This document shows positions 45,776 through 58,504 of a stretch of 64,000 nucleotides of DNA, one piece after another (position 1 is the stretch's first letter; every line of letters starts with the position of its first letter). The notes under the pieces are model-generated. The model was not told where the DNA came from. It did not search any database and was given only the letters and a program-made list of their open reading frames with translations. The DNA is from Eledone cirrhosa (taxonomy: Eukaryota): contig OZ024742.1 of the NCBI GenBank assembly GCA_964016885.1, positions 203,856,001 through 203,920,000 of the forward strand. The letters are read 5' to 3'. The position numbers and the translations under genes are program-made.

Positions 45776-46252
45776 GAAAATTTAAGTAAGAAAAAAATTT
45801 TTTTTAAATTTTTTTTAAAAAAATATTTTTTTATTTTACGTCCTTTATATTATTGTTCTGCATTCTCCTGCATTGAACCACCTAGGTACTATGACATAAC
45901 CTGTGTATTTGCTGGCATGGGCGTGCATCTGTGCGCTTATGTTAGTTGATATATTAAATTATCTATATTTATCTCCAAATCACTGATTTGTCGAGCAAAC
46001 TTGTCAAAACCACTTCTAAAAAAATTTTTTTTTGGGGTGTTAGTAGGCGTCAGTCATCTTACCATCCCATTCCTTCTAACTAGCCTCTGTGTCACGTGAT
46101 TGATTCTTTAGAATCGGCCATTTGACTTGAAGCAGTGAGAATTTCGGTACATAGAATTCAGTCCTCGCAAGCTGTTCGATCTACCGAATTATTATTATTT
46201 TTATATGAGCCGCCAGTGTCCGCGCATTGCCTGGAGACTTAACTGAGAATAG

Positions 46253-46334
46253 ACTTCCTGATGACGCAATGAATTCTCGACAGTTGAATTACGTAACTGT
46301 CTTTATCCCATTGCAGAAACTAATTAGTTGGAGT
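46253..46334 (+). ncRNA. Type I hammerhead motif (family 2), second direct copy
   Basis: Same sequence as 45694-45775 at +559. Confidence 0.72.
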
Positions 46335-46520
46335 GAAAATTTAAGTAAGAAAAAAATTTTTTTTAAATTTTTTTTAAAAAAATATTTTTTTATTTTACGT
46401 CCTTTATATTATTGTTCTGCATTCTCCTGCATTGAACCACCTAGGTACTATGACATAACCTGTGTATTTGCTGGCATGGGCGTGCATCTGTGCGCTTATG
46501 TTAGTTGATATATTAAATTA

Positions 46521-46550
<30 letters not shown>

Positions 46551-46554
<4 letters not shown>

Positions 46555-46664
46555 GCGTTCGTATATATGCATATATATATATAATGCGTTCGTATATATG
46601 CATATATATATATATATAATGCGTTCGTATATATGCATATATATATATAATGCGTTCGTATATA

Positions 46665-46692
<28 letters not shown>
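46551..46692. repeat. Minisatellite AATGCGTTCGTATATATGC(AT)n, four copies
   Basis: Units at 46552, 46583, 46618, 46649; related units at 40586, 43152, 45278, 45323. Confidence 0.9.
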
Positions 46693-46702
<10 letters not shown>

Positions 46703-46796
46703 AAGCTTAGTATTGACGGTCATGAGAATAAGTACTGTATACCATAGCAGAGATTAATATATTCTTTATTAAGGCAAAGTTTATATATATATATAT

Positions 46797-47600
46797 AACT
46801 TTCTAGATGTGACTCTAAATCTAAATATGGGATTAATAGAACCTTTCCACAAAAATAATGAGAATCTGGCCTACATTACTACTCAAACCACCCCAAATCC
46901 ATAATCAGATCCATAGCACGTAGTATATCCTTTAGAATATCCCGCTTATCCTCAAAACTAGAAATGTTTAATGAACATGCTAACTATTATAACGCAGCAT
47001 TACACAGGGCTGGACATAAAGATAAACTGCAGTATATAGCGAATAAAGACAACTTAAACAAACCTAATAGCAATTACACCAACCGCTCACACAAAAATAG
47101 AGGTAACAGGACTAGACATATAGTTAGGCACGTAGCACCTAGAGTGAACGGTCCAAACACCAATAATGTAAACCCTAGAAACAATAGAAGAATCAGAGAC
47201 AGAAAATACCTATGGTTCAACCCAATCTTCAACTCCTCTGTAAAAACTAGACTGCCTTCTACATTCTTTAAACTAATAGATAAACACTTCCCTATTTCAC
47301 ACAGATATCATAAAATACTCAATAGAAAATCTATAAAACTCTCATACTCTACGGCATGAAATATAGAATCGCACATACGCAAGATCAACCACAGAAATAC
47401 CTCTAGGGAATCCGCCCCACCTATGCGCAACATAGCACGAAATTATAAACATAAACACAGTATCACAACCGCAAGCACATACAAGCACGCAGAAGCAAAA
47501 CCCCAAAGGGCATGAATCACAACCCACTTATAGCAGTGTACAAACAGCAGTGTAGAAGCTGCACGAAATAACACCTCAAACTGTAACTGTCACCTACCGG
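46797..47600 (+). pseudogene. Penelope-like element fragment: RT C-terminal/thumb region and linker
   Basis: FLDVTLNL..G...PF.K...SNHPKSIIRSI..SIS.RISRLSS..EMF...YY..AL..AGH...WFNP.FN..VKT....FFKLIDKHFP..H.YHKILNR.SIKLSYS...CNC; frameshift and stop present. Confidence 0.85.
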
Positions 47601-47802
47601 ATAGAAATATAATCATTAAGTACATTCTAGCCTTCTTAGTTCTATACCACACTAATGTCTGTAAGTACCTTATCAACCCATAAATATATCTCTTCTCAGC
47701 TGCTGTCAACATATGAACCTAAATCCAAGAACATTCCAAAATACTACTACAGCAGAACTTTACCTTCCTCCTGTTATAATTATAGTCAGCATGTTTTCTC
47801 TT

Positions 47803-47932
<130 letters not shown>

Positions 47933-48143
47933 TTACCTCCTTAACCTCTGTATTAACTTGCCTATTATATTGCTACTCTGTTAATGTTGTCTTATACATG
48001 TATGTTATTGATGATGAGAAAGCTAGACAACCCTTTCATCTAATATAGACCACACAAATATTACTTTCCTCACTACAGTGATAAATTCTTCATCTGTCAG
48101 ATAATAAATGATTCTTACGGCCACCAGACCTACATTGTTTAAA

Positions 48144-48185
48144 GCCTGATTGAGAAGTCACTGAAAAATAAGTTTATTAAGACAA

Positions 48186-48221
<36 letters not shown>

Positions 48222-48647
48222 TAAAGAGGTTCATTGTTGTGATAATGGTCAGTAGGGATGTGTGTGTGAATTGCAGTCATGTTGAAAGGTCAACAGTTCA
48301 GGTGTCTATTGAGACAAATATGTATCAAGAGCTGAAAAATATCTTTCAACATGTTAAAATATCCCCCTCACACGGTCACACACATTCCTACTGACCGAAT
48401 TTATTTCCTCTACCACGAACCACTATGCTATACACACACACACACACACACACACACGCGCGCACACACAAACACACATATTTGTCACAATAGACACCTG
48501 AACTGTTGACCTTTGAACATGACTGCAATTCACACACACATCCCTACTGACCATTATCACAACAATGAACCTCTTTACTACACACACACACACACACACA
48601 CATATTTGTCTTAAAAGACTTATTTTTCAGTGACTTCTCAATCAGGC
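48144..48647. repeat. Foldback: ~175-bp inverted arms (48144-48323 and ~48476-48647) around a ~150-bp spacer
   Basis: GCCTGATTGAGAAGTCACTGAAAAATAAG...GACAAATATGT and its reverse complement, with few mismatches. Confidence 0.85.
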
Positions 48648-49594
48648 GAAAAAGGACACTCTTCGACAAACCTACATTTGGCGCAAAATCAATTTTTAAC
48701 ATTCACGTGACCTCTACCGACCAATCAAAATTGTTTTGACTACAAGAATTTTTGCAACACGAATTGGCGCGAAATTTATAGTACTCATTCACGTGACATT
48801 CTACAACCAACCAAATCTTAATACCTCTGGAGCCACTTTTTTCACATAAAATAGGAAGAATTTCCCAAACAGATCAGATTAGAGCAAACATCACGAGCGC
48901 TCTATCTCAAAATTATTTTTGAAAAGCATTAGAAATGCGCAACCGGTAAAAACTTAAAACTGAAACTGAATACTAACCAATACTTATTACTAATTAACCA
49001 ATACTTATTACTAATTTATACTTATTCCTAATTAAACTATTTTTCACTGGGAAAAATGTCAGCATTTTCTTTTCCTTTTACTAATATATCACAACTCGTG
49101 TGTTACACCTCTATTTGTTTAAATATATATATATATACAAATAAATATATAGGGATAAACACTGATACAAGTATACATGTGTTTGCATTGCAAATGACCA
49201 AGTTAGCTAGATTGAAAAATACTAATTAAAATAATACGGTTTGCCTGTCTCGATTTAAAATAATAAATCAATAAAAACAAACCTATATTGGCAACAGCCG
49301 TGATACCTGGACAAATTTTAAATTTTAAATTTGTTTCGCAACAATTAAGTGAAATTTCCTATTCCTGTGCTCTTCTGCAGGTATCCAGAAATTGGTAAGT
49401 TCCACTTCAAAATACTTAAGAAGACTGAGAGAAATGTGTTGTTGAACGCACATGTGTCCCAGCGTCTAGCCCGTTCTATACTCGTGCCGCTAAAAATAGC
49501 AGCCGGTTTTATGAGACTAAAAATTAGCTCAACGCATGGAGCCGAGAATATTATATATGGAGTTATAAACTCAAATATTTGACTTTATAACTCC

Positions 49595-49640
<46 letters not shown>

Positions 49641-49775
49641 AAGCGGTTGACTTAAGAAGCTTTGGGAACATTTTAAATTTGAAATGGGGGTGTCCCAACG
49701 CACATAACCATAATAATAGAACAGTAAAGAGAGTGCTCCCTTCTTCCTTTATCCACCTACAGGCTGAGGTAGAGA

Positions 49776-52700
49776 GAAGGCCCATTCACACGGGCCATTC
49801 TCGCAACTTTCACTCACCTTTGATAAAACTGGCTGGAGTGGAGCACCTCTCTCTCCATCCTGATCCTTCTTCCGAAATTGTATCGAAAGAAAAGGACCAG
49901 TTGTTGGCCGGAAAGAAAGGTGTCCGACCTCAGCCATTATAGACACGTCCACCATATAACCTCTTTTACCATGGCTATTACACAGAGGAAGGCCGCCTCC
50001 CCTTTATTTTTGAAGGGGGGAGGCGGCTTGATCGTTACAATGGACTCGGTGGTCAACCTAATTGGTTCCACACGTGACAGCAGTTGTTCGACATAGCCCC
50101 ACAGATCGGTAACGCCCGGGCAGCGTACCAATGCGTGCGCGACGGTTTCCTCGTCGCGCACGCATCTGGGACAGATCTTTTTCGAGGGGTCCCTACCCGG
50201 GCGCCCGTGTCTGTAGAGCTTATCCCGAACGGGCAGAGCCCCTCGGTAGCACTGCCAGGCCAAGGACTTCTGGAAGTTGTCCATAGGTCCCGGGCCGAAA
50301 GTCCTACCGAATAGGCTGGCCAGTTCGTCCTCCTCCATGCCTAGGGTTTCTCCGAGGGCATCATGGCACCTGCTAACCACCAGCCCTCTATAGAATGACG
50401 AGGTGGAGTCTCCACCGATAGCCGGTTCCGCCTGCCAGAGAGCCGTGAGCGCCTGGGCACACTCGGTGTGCCAGCCGCCCAGTTTTCTCGGTCTTTGCTT
50501 CACCCAGGATTGCAGTTCGATGAGCGAGACGAGCCTCGGGAAGGCTCGCCTCACAAACGGGGCCCACACCGGTTGACCGGTGAGGAATACGTGGAGGTGC
50601 CGTACCCTCAATGCGTGTTTACGCATTTTTAGCCACAGCATCCCCAGCCCTCCTTTCAAAGGGTGTTGACAGCAGATGGATCTCCTCACCAGGGGAGACC
50701 CCCTCTACCAAAGGAAGTGAAAGAGAGCGGGCTCCATTTTGGCGAGGATCTCACCCGAGCAAGGCACGACATTCAAGCGGTAATAGATGACGGACGTTAT
50801 GTAAGCGTTCGCCACCTCCGCCCGACCTTTCAGGGATAGTTTGCACTCGGCCCACATCTGAGTCAGTGCAAACACCCTATTCGTCACCTCACCCCAGTTT
50901 TTCTCCACCTAGAGGTCCGGTCCGAACCAGACCCCAAGCAACCTCACCGGGCCCTCCGTCCACCGTCCGACGGTGCCGTCGGACGACATCAGTTTGCCTC
51001 TCCACTCGCCGAGTTGCAAAGCGACTAACTTGTCCCGGTTCAGCTTAGCCCCTGTCAACCTTTCGTACTCCTCCAGTAGGGTGCCGATTGCCTCGATTTC
51101 CGCGGTGGTCGACACCATTACTGTTACGCCATCGGCGTAGGCCGACACCGCTTTGCGCAATCCCGGTTCCAAAGGGATGCCCTGCAACAACTCCAACTTC
51201 CGCAGTAGTGGCTCGAGAGCCAATACATACAGAAGGGAGGAGAGAGGGCACCCCTGTCGGATGGAGCGGGTGATTTCGAACGGCTCCGAGAGGTAGCCGT
51301 TCACCTTGACTCTAGAGCAGATGCGGCTGCTGTGCATGGTAGTGATCCAGCCCCTGAAAACGGGTCCGAACCCAGCCGCCGCTAGCACCGCATCCAGGTA
51401 ACCATGGTCAACCCTATCGAACGCTTTAGACTGATCTAAATTTATCAGGGCCCCACCAAAGCCGGGTTCGTTCCCAACCCTCTCTATGATGTATCGCATG
51501 AGGTGGAGGTTGTCGTGGATGGACCTGGACGGGATAGCGCATGTCTGCGCATCTCCCACCAGGTCCCCCACGACAAGCGACAACCTCTTCGCTAACACCT
51601 TGGCCAAAATCTTTAACTCTGCATTTAGCAGAGTTATGGGCCTAAAATTACTAATATCATCCCCCTTGTTCTCGTCCTTCCTCACTAGCGAGACCACGCC
51701 CTTGGTCACAGAACAGGGAATTCTCCCGTTCTGTTGCCAGTTGCAGTAGACCGCCTCAGCTAACAGCTTTGGTCCCCTCGTTTCCCAGAGCACGTATTTT
51801 GCTTCGGATAACGCAGCCTTCGTGTTTCGCGTCGAAGAACTGGTTCAAGGCCGTTCTCGACGTTTGCACTCTGGCCACGTTGCCGCTTCTCATTGCCTCT
51901 TCAACATTAACTACCAACTCCCTTTCCTTCCTATTTCTATCTGAGGCTAACTCCTTACTAACTCCTATTGAAACTACTCTAATCCCTCTTTTTAGAGAGC
52001 CCCACCACCTGCTGTTAACGATGGCGCCCGTCAACCGCTCCTTAACTAAGGTTCTAATCCGGTCCCTGTAAGCTCTACTTGCCGGTAAGGACAAGTTGAG
52101 CTTCCAGTAACCGGGTCCCTGCCTATACGTTCTATCAAGGTGGACTACGCAGGTCACTAACTTGTGGTCTGAATAGCCCACCATGAGATTTTCTGGACAA
52201 CTTAAGTCCCTATCCTTAATTCTAACTAATAACCTATCTAGGTACGATCTAGATTGACCACTGTTATTTGACCAAGTCCAGGTTGGCACAGTCGGAAAAT
52301 CTAGTCGGTATCTATCGACCAGGTCAAATCGGCCGATTAACACCTTGAGGCTGTTACACATCCCTCTATCGGGACATGCCCCTACATAGTCCCAACGTGC
52401 TTCTAGGATACCATTCCCGTCCACGACTAAAAGCAAGGAGCGGGACGTCCCTAGAAAAGTCTCCATACGATGGAAGAAGTCCGACCGCATTGCCCCAAAA
52501 GGGGCCTAAACGGCGACAAGCCTAAGGGCTTCGCCTTCACCACTGCCAAGGTCCAGAACCACGAGTCGACCCTCCGGGTCCAAGTGTACCGTTTGTGTAG
52601 CGAGACCCAGATGTTTTTGCAGCAGAACGACAACCCCACCCCCACCCCCGGGCTGACAGAGAGATGGGTGCATGCAAAGTCATCAAAGGTGGGGGCTAGT

Positions 52701-52840
52701 TGTCGCACGCTGCTGATCCGGGCTTCGAAAATAACCATCACATTTATACATAGTGACCTGAGGTCATTTATAAGTTTAGCTTGCTTCCAAGGTGAGCTCA
52801 GGTCACGCGCATTTAGACAACCTACTCTTAACACAGCCAT
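49776..52840 (-). pseudogene. LINE ORF2 pseudogene (APE-RT-Zn finger), copy A
   Basis: Fragments 52451-52840, 51756-52490, 50909-51793, 50705-50908, 49937-50689; the catalytic YADD has become YADG. Confidence 0.92.
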
Positions 52841-52863
52841 GTTGGTGGTAAAGAAAGAGGCAC

Positions 52864-54631
52864 TTACCTCTCTGCATCCCGGGGTCCGGGCTGCTCAGTT
52901 TCCATGGGGGTGGTGGAGGGGTTGTTGGGTGGGGGGTGGTTTGTGGTGGTGTGGGGGTATTAGTGTGTGGAGGGGTTGGGGTGTTTGGAATTGTGTGGGT
53001 GTTTGAGGGGGGAGAGGAAAACCTTTAAGAGGACGCGGTTGAGTGGCCTGGTGCAGGGTGGCCCCACGTCCTCAGGGTAAATGTTTTTCAATGTTTTGAA
53101 AATATCAAGTGGGACTTTCACCATTTTCAGGTTAGGGAGTCCCATTGCCATTGCAAAATTCGGCCCTTCGGTTTGTACCGAAGGGTTGTTGTCTATTTTT
53201 TCTGTTAAGATTTTATTGTTTTTGTTTATGTATGTGTAGAGTTTTTGTGTTGTTGTGTTTGTTTTTGCTTGTTGTTCTTGAGTGAGCTTGCGTTTTGTTG
53301 TCTGTTTTGTGTTGTCAGGTGGGGTTATTTTTGTTTGTGTGGTGTGTGTACGTTTTTTCCTTTTGACTTTTTGGAAGGGAGCCCCCTCGTCTTCCGAGGA
53401 TATGAGTTCCTCTTCTGTATTGGAGGGGAGGCGTATATTGCCGGGTTGTGTTTGCACTGCGTGTGTTTTTGTATTTGTGTTCTGTGGGCAGGGGCTGGGT
53501 GGGACCGTGTTTTGGGTTGTTTTCTTGAGCTGTTGTTGTTGATGTTGTTGTTGTGGTGGTGGTGCTGGAGGTGGTGTTGTTGGTTTTTGTTGTCGTTGTG
53601 GTGGTGATGATGGTGTATTTTGTTGTTTTTGTGGTGGTGGTGCTGGTTGTTTTTGTTGTTGTTGTGGTGTTTGTAGCAGTGGTTTTTTTGTTGTTAGTAG
53701 AGGGCAGGCAGTCCTCAGGTGACCTCTGCCAGCGCAGTGGTAACATGTGAGCCTCCTGCCTTCCACCGTAATATTAATAGAGGTTCGACCATCCAGTAGT
53801 ACTCGGTCGGGTATTCCGGCGATTCTCTCAGGTGTCATCTGTAAGAGAACCTCCAGACTTTTCCCCCGAACAGTCCACTGGTGGACTCCCCTGCTGATAT
53901 TAGGATGTCCTTTTCTAGGTCCGTGAATCCTGTCAGGACGGACCAGATGTTTACTTCTGGCGTTGGGCTCCACATTCTTAGTCTTTGTGTTCTTCTTCCT
54001 TTATATGTGGGGAAGAAGGTGTATTGTGGTGACACTATAGGTGCCACCGAGCATTTTTGAGCCAGCATTTCGTCCTTCATTCGGACCATAATGCTTGCAT
54101 ACAGCTTTCCTCTTTCAATAAAGAGTATGTCTTTTTTTATGTCTTTCAGAACCAGCTCAATTTGACTTTCTGTCAATTGAGCTGGATTTCTTGTTGCGTT
54201 GGATATAGTCCTGAAGGTTATGGTATTCCTATATACCTGTTGACGAACTTCTTCTGGGGAGTAGATCGTAAAAGAACCATCCTCCCCAAAAGATACGTAT
54301 TTTCTGGCATTTAGCAAGTTCTGCTTAGCGTTAGTAATGTCTATGGGCTTGTATTCAATAGCTTTCCTGACCGCTTGGGCAAAAGAAACTTTGCTGTCTT
54401 TGTTGCTTTCGCTTCGTTCATTGTTGCTTGTTGTTGCAATGTTGTTGGTTCCATTTTTTGTGGTATTTTTTCCTTGTTATTTTTATCAAAATTTAGGTTT
54501 TCACTCGTATTAACAGTCTTTTTTCCATTCGAGAGGAGGGGTTGTTCAACAGTTTGAATTGTTGTTCCCTCTTTCTCGCTTTTGTTGGCTTGCAATATGG
54601 CTTCCTCGTTTTCAACGATATCGATAAACAT
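52864..54631 (-). pseudogene. LINE ORF1 pseudogene, copy A
   Basis: Three frameshifted pieces homologous to 58505-60268; starts MFIDIV; CYHCAGRGHLRTAC knuckle retained. Confidence 0.88.
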
Positions 54632-54806
54632 TTTAAAATTAAAGATTTTCACACCCAAAGGGGCGAAAATATATTTACCCTACGTCTACAGTCCCAGACG
54701 AGGGGTTAGAGTTAACAATAATGACAAACTTCAAATAATACACGCACAAATAATCAAGTAGTGATTCAAAATCGAAGAGCCGATGTGAAAGACGTCTACT
54801 ATCAAC

Positions 54807-54828
54807 GACAGACAGACAGACAGACAGA
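54807..54828. repeat. (GACA)n junction between the 5' end of copy A and the 3' end of copy B
   Basis: GACAGACAGACAGACAGACAGA directly joins the two elements. Confidence 0.95.
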
Positions 54829-55051
54829 TTTCTGTTTATTTGCCACTAGGGCACAAAAGAAAGGGACATGTACATGGGTGGGGGGAGTTTACATGAAAAT
54901 CGAGTAAGAAAAATATAACAAACAAAGTAATAACAAGAAGGTCCTCAATAGGGAGGGATCGTTTTGGGGTCACACACCCCCCCCGAAGAAAAGTGTGCGA
55001 CCCTTCTCCACGGGAGCACAAAGAGAGGGTGCTCCCTTCTTTCTGTTCCAC

Positions 55052-58000
55052 CTACAGGCTGAGGTAGAGAGAAGGCCCATTCACACGGGCCATTCTCGCA
55101 ACTTTCACCCACCTTTCATAAAACTTGCTGGAGTGGAGCACCTCTCTCTCCATCCTGATCCTTCTTCCGAAATGGTATCGGAAGAAAAGGACCAGTTGTT
55201 GGCCGGAGAGAAAGGTGTCCGACCTCAGCCCTTTCAGACGCGTCCACCATATAGCCTCTTTTACCATGGCTATTACACAGAGGAAGACCGCCTCTCCTTC
55301 ATTTTTGAAGGGGGGAGGCGGCTTGATCGTTACAATGGACTCGGTGGTCAACCTAATTGGTCCCACCCGTGACAGCAGTTGTTCGACATAGCCCCACAGA
55401 TCGGTAACGCCCGGGCAGCGTACCAATGCGTGCGCGACGGTTTCCTCGTCGCGCACGCATCTGGGACAGATCTTTTTCGAGGGGTCCCTACCCGGGCGCC
55501 CGTGTCTGTAGAGCTTATCCCGAACGGGCAGAGCCCCTCGGTAGCACTGCCAGGCCAAGGACTTCTGGAAGTTGTCCATAGGTCCCGGGCCGAAAGTCCT
55601 ACCGAATAGACTGGCCAGCTCGTCCTCCTCCATGCCTAGGGCTTCTCCGAGGGCGTCGTCGCACCCGCTAACCACCAGCCCTCTATAGAATGACGAGGTG
55701 GAGTCTCCGTCGATAGCCGGGTCCGCCTGCCAGAGAGCCGTGAGCGCCTGGGCACACTCGGTGTGCCAGTCGCCCAGTTTTCTCGGTCTTTGCTTCACCC
55801 AGGACTGCAGCTCGGTGAGCGAGACGAGCCTCGGGAAGGTTCGCCTCACAAACGGGGACCACACCGGTTGACCGGTGAGAAATACGTGGAGGTGCCTTAG
55901 CCTCAATGCGTGTTTACGCATTTTTAGCCACGGCATCCCCAGCCCTCCTTTCAAAGGGTGTTGACAGCAGATGGATCTCTTCACCAGAGGAGACCTCTTC
56001 TTCCAAAGGAAATAAAAGAGGGCGCGCTCCATTTTGGCGAGGATCTCACCCGGGCAAGGCACGACAGTCATAGATGACGGACGCTATGTAAGCGTTCGCC
56101 ACCTCCGCCCGACCTTTTAGGGATAGTTTGCACTCGGCCCACTTCTGGGTCAGTGCAAACACCCTATTCGTCACCTCACCCCAGTTTTTCTCCACCTGGA
56201 GGTCCGGTCCGAACCAGACCCCAAGCAACTTCACCGGGCCCTCCGCCCACCGTCCGACGATACCGTCGCACGACATCGCTTTTCCCCTCCACTCGCCGAG
56301 TTGCAAAGCGACTGACTTGTCCCGGTTCAGCTTAGCCCCTGTCAACCTTTCGTACTCCTCTAGTAAGGTGCCGATTGCCTCGATTTCCGAGGTGGTCGAC
56401 ACCATTACTGTTACGTCATCGGCGTAGGCCGACACCGCTTTGCGCAATCCTGGTTCCAAAGGGATGCCCTGCAACAACTCCAACTTCCGCAGTAATGGCT
56501 CGAGAGCCAACACATACAGAAGGGAGGAGAGAGGGCACCCCTGTCGGATGGAGCGGGTGATTTCGAACGGCTCCGAAAGGTAGCCGTTCACCTTGACTCT
56601 AGAGCAGATGCGGCTGCTGTGCATGGCAGTGATCCAGCCCCTGAAAACGGGTCCGAACCCAGCCGCCGCTAGCACCGTATCCAGGTAGCCATGGTCCACC
56701 CTATCGAACGCTTTAGACTGATCTAAATTTATCAGGGCCCCACCAAAGCCGGGTTCGTTCCCAACCCACTCTATGATGTATCGCATGAGGTGGAGGTTGT
56801 CGTGGATGGACCTGGACGGGATAGCGCATGTCTGCGCATCTCCCACCAGGCACCCCACGACAAGCGCCAACCTCTTCGCTAACACCTTCGCCAAAATCTT
56901 TAACTCTGCATTTAGCAGAGTTATGGGCCTAAAATTACTAATGTCATCCCCCTTGTTCTCGTCCTTCCTCACTAGCGAGACTACGCCCTTGGTCACAGAA
57001 CAGGCAATTCTCCCGTTCTGTTGCCAGTTGCAGTAGACCGCCTCGAGGAGATCGGGGAACCAGTCCGGCATATTAATATATAGTTCGTAGGGCAGACCAT
57101 CGAGTCCTGGAGATTTGCGTTTGCCGCATAGGCTCAGCACGTCCTCTATTTCAGCTGCTGAGATCGGCCCGTCGCAGGACCTCGCCTCCCTGTCCGAAAG
57201 ACGCGGCAGGCCGTCGAGGTATGGACCGAAATCCACATCTCCAACCGGCCCCCCGCCCCTCCCGAACAATTTGGCAAAGTGCCTTTGAAAGGCCTCGCAC
57301 ATTTGCTTAGGTTCAAGGATCACCCGTCCATCCTGGTCTCGCAAAGACCGGATAGTGGATTTAATCCCACTTTTCGCTTCTGTCACGCGGGCCCAGCTAA
57401 CAGCTTTGGTCCCCTCGTTTCCCAGAGCACGTATTTTGCTTCGGACAACGCAGCCTTCGTGTATCGCGTCGAAGAACTGGTTCAAGACCGTTCTCGACGC
57501 TTGCACTCTGGCCACGTTGCCGCTTCTCATTGCCTCTTCAACATTAACTACCAACTCCCTTTCCTTCCTATTTCTATCTGAGGCTAACTCCTTACTAACT
57601 CCTATTGAAACTACTCTAATCTCTCTTTTTAGAGAGCCCCACCACCTGTTGTTGACGATGGCGCCCGTCAACCGCTCCTTAACTAAGGTTCTAATCCGGT
57701 CCCTGTAAGCACTACTTGCCGGTAAGGACAAGTTGAGCTTCCAGTAACCGGGCCCCTGCCTATGCGTTCTATCAAGGTGGACTACGCAGGTCACTAACTT
57801 GTGGTCTGAATAGCCCACCATGAGCATTTCTGGACAACTTAAAAAGTCCCTATCCTTAATTCTAACTAAGAACCTATCTAGGTACGATCTAGATTGACCA
57901 CTGTTATTTGACCAGGTCCAGGTTGGTACAGTCGGAAAATCTAGTCGGTATCTATCGGCCAGGTCGAATCGGCCGATTAACCCCTTAAGGCTGTTACACC

Positions 58001-58481
58001 CCCCTCTATCGGGACATGCCCCTACATAGTCCCAACGTGCATCTAGGATACCATTCCAGTCCCCCACTAAAAGCAAGGAGCGGGACGTCCCTAGAAAAGT
58101 CTCCAGACGATGGAAGAAGTCCGACCGCATTGCCCCAAAAGGGGCGTATACGGCGACAAGCCTAAAAGCTTCGCCTTCGCCATTGCCAAGGTCCAGAACC
58201 ACGAGTCGACCCTCCGGGTCCAAGTGTACCGTCTGTGTAGCGAGACCCAGATGTTTTTGCAGCAGAACGACAACCCCACCCCCACCTCCAGGCTGGCAGA
58301 GAGATGCGTGCATCTCAAAGTCATCAAAGGTGGGGGTTAGCTGTCGCATGCTGCTGATCCGGGCCTCGCAAATAACCATCACATTTACACATTGTGACCT
58401 GAGGTCACTTAGAAGTTTAGCTTGCTTCCAAGGTGAGCCCAGGCCACGCGCATTTAGACAACCTACTCTTAAGACAGCCAT
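55052..58481 (-). pseudogene. LINE ORF2 (APE endonuclease, reverse transcriptase, C-terminal Zn finger), copy B, single frameshift
   Basis: LNARGL, VYAP, GDWNG, YLDR, SDHK (APE); SPGLDG, RPITLLN, LDQSKAFDRVDH, RQGCPLS, YADD (RT); CPRC..ETVAHAL..C. An 8-bp deletion at ~56070 relative to copy C splits it into 811 aa and 339 aa. Confidence 0.93.
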
Positions 58482-58504
58482 GTTGGTGGCAAAGAAAGAG
58501 GCAC

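Larger units (their letters stand above)
45400..46527. mobile_element. Hammerhead-bearing pseudo-LTR-like repeats (family 2): inverted arm 45400-45592 plus direct repeats 45590-45968 and 46149-46527 (559-bp period)
   Basis: Apparently identical sequence in three copies (the ORF track shows the same MPGDLTEN... peptide three times); lies between two Penelope fragments. Confidence 0.85.
49725..54803 (-). mobile_element. Tx1/L1-clade LINE, copy A (decayed; 3' UTR lost or divergent)
   Basis: Collinear with copies B and C; multiple stops and frameshifts; 350-bp deletion in ORF2 at ~51757 relative to B (57045-57394). Confidence 0.93.

Noticed and set aside
45232-46508. Three MPGDLTEN... ORFs as a small gene family
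   Set aside because: TTG starts, run through A/T tracts, and coincide with the hammerhead repeat; better explained as non-coding repeats.
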